Shown piece by piece: positions 8,885-14,727 of a stretch of 14,727 nt of DNA. Within the stretch, counting starts at the first letter, position 1, and every line of letters begins with the position of its first letter. Under the pieces are notes generated by a model. It did no database searches. It was not told the DNA's origin and saw only the letters and a program-made list of their open reading frames with translations. The DNA is from Promethearchaeia archaeon (GTDB lineage Archaea; Asgardarchaeota; Lokiarchaeia; Sigyniarchaeales; SOKP01): the NCBI GenBank assembly GCA_029856105.1, contig JAHQWH010000218.1:1-14727 (forward strand), written 5' to 3'. Both the position numbers and the translations under genes were made by a program.

Positions 8885-9730
8885 TTGAAAAGAAAATCTA
8901 ATTTAAAATTAAATGTTAGTTTAATTGATAAAGAAAAAATGTATTCATTTTACTTTGAAGACCCAAAAACGGGGACTATTCAAAGAGAGTTCGATAACGT
9001 CAAAATTGAATATTTTTATTTTGATAACGATCAAAAAATAAAGACTAAACAAAATGAAGTTTTAAATGGTTGTTTATTGTCTGGAGAGGCTAGTATACTT
9101 TACGACGATACAAAATATAACTTAAATCAATTTGACTTGTTTTTTTTGCCACCAGAAAGAGAATTATTGATAAAAGTCAATCCTCAACCGTCAGAATACT
9201 ACAAACTATGCTTGTTTTATAGTTCAATGGAAGTTGAGGTTGAAGCTGAATTCGAAATACAACATTTTGATTTAAAGAAATTTATTCCAAGAGGAGAATT
9301 AAATTCAAACGAAGTAATGGCGACATACCGAACCGTTTGGACTGCCATTAAAAACGGCTACTTTATGTCAGGCTTTACTAATATTCCGAACGAATCATTA
9401 AAGCAGGGGGCTATAACAAGCGTAAATTTAGAAGAGAATAAAGAAAGAAATATTGAGATTTATCCTCATATACATCCTGATTATCCTGAAGTTTATATTA
9501 TGTGTATTGATGATGATAACTATGCCATTACTCAATATTTAATAAATAATGAAGGATGTTCAGTTTGTAAAGATTTATCAAATGGTGATGGGTTATTTTT
9601 TCCAGGTTTTTTAGGTCATAGTAATTTTGCTCGGCCAACTTATAAAAACTTAAAACATTGCATGTACATGTGGATTATTCCAACATTTGGAAAAATTGAA
9701 AGCGTGAATCCAATTACATTGAAAGTGTAA
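8885..9730 (+). CDS. Bicupin metalloprotein, IolB/KduI-like sugar-acid isomerase
   Basis: N-terminal cupin (CLLSGEASI...LNQFDLFFLP) and C-terminal metal-binding cupin (YPHIHPDYPEVY...DGLFFPGFLGH). Start uncertain (8858 TTG, 8885 TTG with AGGGGA at 8872-8877, or 8939 ATG). Confidence 0.65.
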   Translation: MKRKSNLKLNVSLIDKEKMYSFYFEDPKTGTIQREFDNVKIEYFYFDNDQKIKTKQNEVLNGCLLSGEASILYDDTKYNLNQFDLFFLPPERELLIKVNPQPSEYYKLCLFYSSMEVEVEAEFEIQHFDLKKFIPRGELNSNEVMATYRTVWTAIKNGYFMSGFTNIPNESLKQGAITSVNLEENKERNIEIYPHIHPDYPEVYIMCIDDDNYAITQYLINNEGCSVCKDLSNGDGLFFPGFLGHSNFARPTYKNLKHCMYMWIIPTFGKIESVNPITLKV

Positions 9731-9864
9731 TATCTTTTATTTCTTATTTATCTATGACTATGAACAAAAAATTGGACTCCTTATATTTTAATATACATTA
9801 TTAATGTTAAATATTAATAAATGAATATTAAAAAACTTAGAATAAGAGTGAAGTATAACAAATT

Positions 9865-10374
9865 ATGAAAAGATATGGATATTACGCAATTAATTTATCT
9901 TTAGAAGATGTTTGGAATAGAACGTTAGTATTTTTTGAGAATTATAAGGGTAACATAATAGATCAATACATTTCTACAAATAATTTATATCGTAAGCTTA
10001 GAATACGCCATGGTTTTTCAATGCATATTTATGGTACGTCTTGGGGTGAAATGTACGAAATGACTTTTGGTTATAATCCTTCTGATAACACTACATATGT
10101 TAGCGTTTCTGTAAAATATTCAAATTTTGGAAAGGGCGTACCATCGAAAGTTCCAAAAGACATGATGGAAAAATGGGCTTATGAAATGGGCATTACCCCT
10201 ATGAAATTGGTTAAAGAAATCGACTATAATTTCTTAGCTGATCTTGATAAAATCCAAGAAATTCCGCTACATCAAATTGATAATTTATCAAAAGTATTTT
10301 GTTTCGCTTGCGGTAAAGCAAACAGTAAAATGGATACTATTTGTGTTTCCTGTGGAACCCAATTAAACACATAA
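9865..10374 (+). CDS. Hypothetical protein with C-terminal zinc ribbon
   Basis: 169 aa ORF ending in CFACG-x8-CVSCG; N-terminal alpha/beta domain of unknown function. Confidence 0.8.
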   Translation: MKRYGYYAINLSLEDVWNRTLVFFENYKGNIIDQYISTNNLYRKLRIRHGFSMHIYGTSWGEMYEMTFGYNPSDNTTYVSVSVKYSNFGKGVPSKVPKDMMEKWAYEMGITPMKLVKEIDYNFLADLDKIQEIPLHQIDNLSKVFCFACGKANSKMDTICVSCGTQLNT

Positions 10375-10513
10375 GTTATTCCTTAAGGCTTAAAAAAATA
10401 GAAATTCTTCTTTTTTATTATGAATTTTCATTCTTTCTTCTCTTTATAGGATAAATAGGAAGAAACTGCCTTTTTGAGAGTTTTCTTTGAACATATAAAT
10501 AATATTTACTTTT

Positions 10514-11107
10514 TCATTGCAACATTGAAACTATTTGATCTTTATACAAATTCTTAAAAACGAGGCTTAAAATCTCTTCAAAACAATCTAATATGCCCTC
10601 CCCGTTAACTGCTGTTGTTTTTTTAAAATCGATGTTTTTAAATCTAAAATAATTGATGTTTTCTAAAAACTCAGGAGGGCTAAATTTATCTGGCAAATCT
10701 TGCTTGTTAAATGCTATAACTTTAGGAAGCGTAATAATTACATCTTCGAAATAACTACATAATTCGTTCCAAGAAGTTAAATTTCGGTTGTAAACGCTTT
10801 GCTGTGAATCTGCTACGAAAATAATTCCATCTATACCTTGTAAAGTAACCGGTCTGGTAATTATGTAAAAGTCCTGCCCAGTTGTAGAATAAAGGTGGAT
10901 TTTTAGGTGCCATTGTTGGTTTTCAAAATCAATAGTGCCATAATCAAAGAACAGCGTTCTACGAATACTGCTTTCTATGCTTAAGACTCGATCTTTCTTA
11001 CCAAAATGGTTAAATAATGCTTTAATAGATGTCGTTTTTCCCGAAAGGGCGGGTCCAAAATAGCAAATTTTCAACTGAATACTTCGAGTTAATTGATCTA
11101 TTATCAT
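10514..11107 (-). CDS. mglA: MglA-family small Ras-like GTPase
   Basis: G1 KICYFGPALSGKTT, MglA-diagnostic switch I RTLFFDY, G3 HLYSTTGQDFY (no DxxG Asp, as in MglA TVPGQ), GIDGIIFVADS, G4 NKQD, G5 TTAVNGEG. Confidence 0.9.
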   Translation of the reverse strand: MIIDQLTRSIQLKICYFGPALSGKTTSIKALFNHFGKKDRVLSIESSIRRTLFFDYGTIDFENQQWHLKIHLYSTTGQDFYIITRPVTLQGIDGIIFVADSQQSVYNRNLTSWNELCSYFEDVIITLPKVIAFNKQDLPDKFSPPEFLENINYFRFKNIDFKKTTAVNGEGILDCFEEILSLVFKNLYKDQIVSMLQ

Positions 11108-11212
11108 CTTAAATACTAATTCTCGTTTTTAAGTAATACTAAAAATAAGTTTAAAAAAGCCGAGTTTTTTAAAACAAAGAAAAATAAAGCTTTTATGTAA
11201 AATATAGAGAAA

Positions 11213-11599
11213 TTAAAAAACTAACTCGTCTCCTTCAATTTTGCAACGCAATAACGATCGAAGGATAAGAATTTCAACTTCTCTTCTTAAAACCGGTTCG
11301 TCAATGTCTATATTTTCACGTTCCTTTAAAATTTCCTTTAGCCCCGTAAAAGATATTGACTCTTGTTGTGAAGATTCTTTTTGGATAACTTTTAATATTA
11401 TTTGTTGATTGTAAAGCGAATGCGAATTAGAAATTAATTGATACAACTTATGAGTAAGGCTATAATCAAAATTTCCCGCTTTTTCAATTTCTTTCAATTT
11501 GTCTAAGATAATTAACGCTTCTTGGTACTCTTCATCCTTCATGAGTAGTTGAACTTCTTGAATTTTTTTTATAAATTCACTATTATTCATATTATTCAT
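11213..11599 (-). CDS. Small helical-hairpin + winged-helix protein, PCI-domain-like
   Basis: TPR-like hairpin (EEYQEALIILDKL) followed by SISFTGLKEIL...EVEILILRSLLRCKIEGDELVF, which resembles the PCI winged-helix terminus. Start could be 11611 (TTG), 11599 or 11590 (ATG). Confidence 0.55.
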   Translation of the reverse strand: MNNMNNSEFIKKIQEVQLLMKDEEYQEALIILDKLKEIEKAGNFDYSLTHKLYQLISNSHSLYNQQIILKVIQKESSQQESISFTGLKEILKERENIDIDEPVLRREVEILILRSLLRCKIEGDELVF

Positions 11600-11651
11600 T
11601 TTACTTATCAAAAAGTTTTAATTTTAATAAATTTCAAGCTCGTATAAAATT

Positions 11652-11689
11652 AAAAAAAATTAAAAAAAAAAGCAACTACAGATTGCTTT
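11652..11689 (-). terminator. Probable intrinsic terminator after the Nfu gene (hairpin plus U-tracts)
   Basis: Minus strand reads AAAGCAA-TCTGTAG-TTGCTTT (7 bp stem overlapping the stop codon), running into a long T tract and then a second T tract. Confidence 0.6.
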
Positions 11690-11915
11690 AAGCAACATTT
11701 TCGACTCTAACAACTTCGGGAACAAATTGTTTAATCGCACGCTCAACGCCAAACGTTAGGGTTTGTTGTGCATGCATACAGCCCGCACAATGACCTAATA
11801 ATCGAACTTTCACGATTCCTTCGTCGGTAATTTCAACGAGTTCTACATCTCCGCCATCCATTTGTAATTGAGGCCTAATTTTTTCTAGTACTTCTTTTAC
11901 TTTTTCTTTATCCAT
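11688..11915 (-). CDS. nifU: NifU C-terminal domain (Nfu) Fe-S cluster carrier
   Basis: IRPQLQMDGGDVELV...VKVRLLGHCAGC...TLTFGVE: canonical Nfu domain with CxxC. Confidence 0.95.
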   Translation of the reverse strand: MDKEKVKEVLEKIRPQLQMDGGDVELVEITDEGIVKVRLLGHCAGCMHAQQTLTFGVERAIKQFVPEVVRVENVA

Positions 11916-12151
11916 ATAAAATCACGTATTTGTTTTTTATATCCTAATTTAGTTAAATTATTTAACATATTTAAAGCAAAGCTCTTTAAAATATGAATAT
12001 TTTTGAATAATCATTTAATTAGGAGCGATATTTTAAGAAAAAATCTTATTAAATAAAGACTTAAAAATTTAAAGGAAATATTTTCAAAAAGTTAATTATC
12101 TTTTATTAATTAATAAATAATTAATAAACGCATTAAATTATTGAAAATAAT

Positions 12152-13423
12152 ATGAACGAAAACGAGAACGAAAAAATTAAAGGATCTGAAGTAAGAGAGC
12201 AACCATCAAGGAGGTCGAGGCGTACTAGACCCGTTAGAAAGACACAAGGTCAAATATTACAAGAGGCTTTAAGTTTAAATCCAGACGCCCTTAAAAACAT
12301 TGAGGCTAAATTATCCATAATTAAATTTTTGGATTATTTTTCGGAGGAAACTTTAGATTTTGTATTTAAAAAGCGCAACGTCGATCAATATATACAAAAG
12401 ATATCGGATAAAATTGAAAAATTTGATTTGGGTGGAGAAGAAGACAAACTTCTTAAAAAGGGATTTGAAGATAAGAAAATCGTTGAGACCATTGAGCATT
12501 TGTTAGCTAATGTAGAAGAATTCGTATTAAGTAAAGGAATTACTAAATCAGTTGACAAAAGATTAAGGAATTTGAGCTTAATAGTTTCCGCACCTTTGCT
12601 TGCTATTGCCGTGATTTTTTTAATATTGCCTTATTTTAATATACCTGTTGATTCATTTCTTATGTTTCCATTATTATGTGTCTTTTGCATGGTCCCTCAG
12701 TTAGTAAAGAGTGCTGTTGTGAAAAAATGGCATAGTTTTAAGGAAGAGAATAGAAGTGAGATTTACACGAAAAATAGAGACGATTTCTTAGTTTTAAAAA
12801 GTTATATTGGTGAAGTTCTAGCTAATATTCGATCTAATCTTTTAGAATTGAAAGTACCTTTAGAACTAATTAAGTTTTCCTTATTTAATCGAGATTATGA
12901 AAACTTACAATTAATAAGCCAAAAAAGATTAAGGGGACTCACAGAATATTTCGTTTCATTTGAATACCCCGAAGGTATGGAGCCTTTCCCTATTCCTGAA
13001 ATACTTCGACAACAATATGAGAAACCGTTAATTCCGGAAAAGCAAAAGGATGAAAAACCCGAGAAAAATTTCGTTGTTTTAACAGAAATGAAAAGTAAGG
13101 ACGGGTTAATTACGAGCTTTTTACCAAGCTTAAAAGATAACCTTGCTGATAAAATTAATCAACTGTTAAACGATTCTGAGTTTACCGAATCGCCTCTCAA
13201 ATTCACGGAGATAATCCCTAACTATTCTGAGGCCATGGCAATTTATTGTATTTGTGGAGAGATAACCGAAATTAGCGTTGTAAATATTTGTAATTGGAAA
13301 AATAAGTTTAAGTTTTACTTATTTGAAGGAAAACAATGCAAGTGCGGTGATCAAATTTACGCTTTATCTCCCATGGACTCTAGTGAAGAAATTCCCGAAG
13401 AACTAAAAGAAATTTTTAGTTAA
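12152..13423 (+). CDS. Hypothetical membrane protein (2 central TM helices, C-terminal Cys cluster)
   Basis: 423 aa ORF with hydrophobic hairpin LSLIVSAPLLAIAVIFLILPYF / FLMFPLLCVFCMVPQLV and C-terminal CICG...C...CKCG. Confidence 0.8.
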   Translation: MNENENEKIKGSEVREQPSRRSRRTRPVRKTQGQILQEALSLNPDALKNIEAKLSIIKFLDYFSEETLDFVFKKRNVDQYIQKISDKIEKFDLGGEEDKLLKKGFEDKKIVETIEHLLANVEEFVLSKGITKSVDKRLRNLSLIVSAPLLAIAVIFLILPYFNIPVDSFLMFPLLCVFCMVPQLVKSAVVKKWHSFKEENRSEIYTKNRDDFLVLKSYIGEVLANIRSNLLELKVPLELIKFSLFNRDYENLQLISQKRLRGLTEYFVSFEYPEGMEPFPIPEILRQQYEKPLIPEKQKDEKPEKNFVVLTEMKSKDGLITSFLPSLKDNLADKINQLLNDSEFTESPLKFTEIIPNYSEAMAIYCICGEITEISVVNICNWKNKFKFYLFEGKQCKCGDQIYALSPMDSSEEIPEELKEIFS

Positions 13424-13425
13424 TT

Positions 13426-14727
13426 TTACTTTCTTTTTTTAATTTTTGCGTAATAATCGTATAGAAGCCTATAACCTCGAACTGCTCGCTCTATTTCGTT
13501 TTCAAAGGCAGGTATTTTCAAATTAGTTGCGGATTTAATTACTCGTTTCGCTCCCTCGTGTTCTGCTTGAACTAGAATGGTAATAATCGGTTTATTTGGA
13601 TATTTTTTAACTAAAGGCGCGTAAATGTTGAAATCGAACTCGATTTCAGTAAAGAATTCTAAAGCTAAAATTAATCCATCAACAGCATCATCTTTTAATA
13701 AAGCTTCTGAAGATGTCTTATATATACCACATATTTTAATTCCAACAAACTTTTCTGGGGGCCAATAATCTACAGGATTCCCAAAGGCACAAGTAGACCC
13801 ACCAACTTTGTCTATAATGATGTCTCGAGAGATTTCACTAGGCTTCGCGAGCGATAGATGCTGTTTTCTCATTTCTTTCACGATTAAATGAATTGCGCCA
13901 GAACTTGGTCCTATTATACCTAAATTTGTTCCTTCAGGTTCAGGACACCATAAAAAGATTTTAGCGATCTCAAATAGATCGATATAATTTAAAACCAATA
14001 TTCCACCCGCTTTTTGTAATTCTCTCTCTTTTATCTCATCCTTTCCCACATAATAGAATAGTATTGGTTTGGTAGGGCTGACTTTTTTAACCGCTCCAAT
14101 TAATTCCTCCGAAATATCTCTCAAAAAAAGGGAAATAACCTTAGTTGAATCGTCATTTAAAAAGTACTCGAGTACATCGGCTTCATTAATGTGAAAACCT
14201 TTACCTAAATGTATCACCTTTGAGATGGGTAACCTTTGTGAAGGCGTCCACCACCCTAACGCTCCTGCTAGACCTCCAGATTGAGCAATAAAGCTCATTC
14301 CTTCTTTTACATTTTTATTTTCTCGCATTATATGTTGACGAACTGGGATTATAGAGGTTGTAAAGTTATCGTTAAAGTTTATAATGCCAAGCATAGACGG
14401 TCCTAAATAAGTGATGTCATATTTTTTGCAAACTTGATGTAAATGGATAATTAAATCGTTAATCTTCGTTCCTGGTTTTAATTCTGTCTGGATTGCTATG
14501 TATTTGACACCAAGTTTTCCTAAACTTTCTACAATTTCGAGAATGCCTTTTCCTAAAACGATTACAGCCAATTCGGGGATTTCAGGCAATTCTTTAAAAG
14601 AATGATAAGATTTAACTCCTAAAATATCGTTTGCGTTAGGGTTCAGAATATAAAGATTTCCTTGGTAAAATATTTCCAACAAGTTTTTCAATACCGTATA
14701 ACTAAAAGATAGCGCTTGCCTTGAAAC
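13426..14727 (-). CDS. CoA-binding protein, ADP-forming acyl-CoA synthetase alpha-subunit-like (catalytic His loop missing); 5' end outside window
   Basis: Frame stays open upstream of 14691 to the window edge (VSRQALSFSYTVLKNLL...). Motifs LNP, GVKSY, PELAVI, LGPSMLG, FIAQSGG and NPVD are recognisable. Confidence 0.85.
   Translation of the reverse strand, partial: VSRQALSFSYTVLKNLLEIFYQGNLYILNPNANDILGVKSYHSFKELPEIPELAVIVLGKGILEIVESLGKLGVKYIAIQTELKPGTKINDLIIHLHQVCKKYDITYLGPSMLGIINFNDNFTTSIIPVRQHIMRENKNVKEGMSFIAQSGGLAGALGWWTPSQRLPISKVIHLGKGFHINEADVLEYFLNDDSTKVISLFLRDISEELIGAVKKVSPTKPILFYYVGKDEIKERELQKAGGILVLNYIDLFEIAKIFLWCPEPEGTNLGIIGPSSGAIHLIVKEMRKQHLSLAKPSEISRDIIIDKVGGSTCAFGNPVDYWPPEKFVGIKICGIYKTSSEALLKDDAVDGLILALEFFTEIEFDFNIYAPLVKKYPNKPIITILVQAEHEGAKRVIKSATNLKIPAFENEIERAVRGYRLLYDYYAKIKKRK

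Noticed and set aside
9731-9864. AT-only palindromes (e.g. ACATTATTAATGT) here and in the 7412-7643 and 11916-12151 gaps
   Set aside because: Expected by chance in extremely AT-rich intergenic DNA; no consistent shared motif.
10514-10516. TGA stop of the GTPase as possible selenocysteine recoding
   Set aside because: The GTPase domain is already complete, and I saw no downstream coding signal or SECIS-like structure.
11582-11599. 9 bp tandem repeat ATGAATAAT x2 at the start of the PCI-like gene
   Set aside because: Only two copies; it affects start choice only.
14689-14691. Track start (TTG) for the CoA-binding protein
   Set aside because: The frame remains open to the window edge and the CoA-binding domain N-terminus is incomplete, so the true start lies outside the window.
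5721-14727. Split Pat-type acetyltransferase (stand-alone GNAT + His-less synthetase domain)
   Set aside because: The genes are ~7 kb apart, and the GNAT is a tandem type that does not resemble the single Pat GNAT domain.
1-14727. tRNA/rRNA, CRISPR array, transposase/integrase or defence system
   Set aside because: No cloverleaf-like GC-rich segments, spaced direct repeats, terminal inverted repeats or recognisable motifs were seen by eye.

Overview
AT-rich, gene-dense prokaryotic window. The gene content suggests an Asgard archaeon of the Lokiarchaeia type, which is an inference and not a taxonomic assignment. The left half looks like a carbohydrate-utilisation cluster. It holds a >800 aa divergent GH94-like glycoside phosphorylase (minus strand, 2414 to beyond the left edge, absent from the ORF track), a Cys-type sulfatase, a divergently transcribed GPH-family MFS sugar transporter, a tandem GNAT acetyltransferase and a HAD hydrolase. 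The right half carries a three-domain arrestin/Vps26-fold protein, an IolB/KduI-like bicupin, a Zn-ribbon protein, an MglA-type small GTPase with no neighbouring MglB, a small PCI-like protein, an Nfu Fe-S carrier and a 2-TM Cys-cluster protein. It ends with an ADP-forming acyl-CoA synthetase alpha-like protein that runs off the right edge and lacks the catalytic phospho-histidine loop. No RNA genes, CRISPR arrays or mobile elements were seen. All family calls come from reading motifs by eye; no searches were run.
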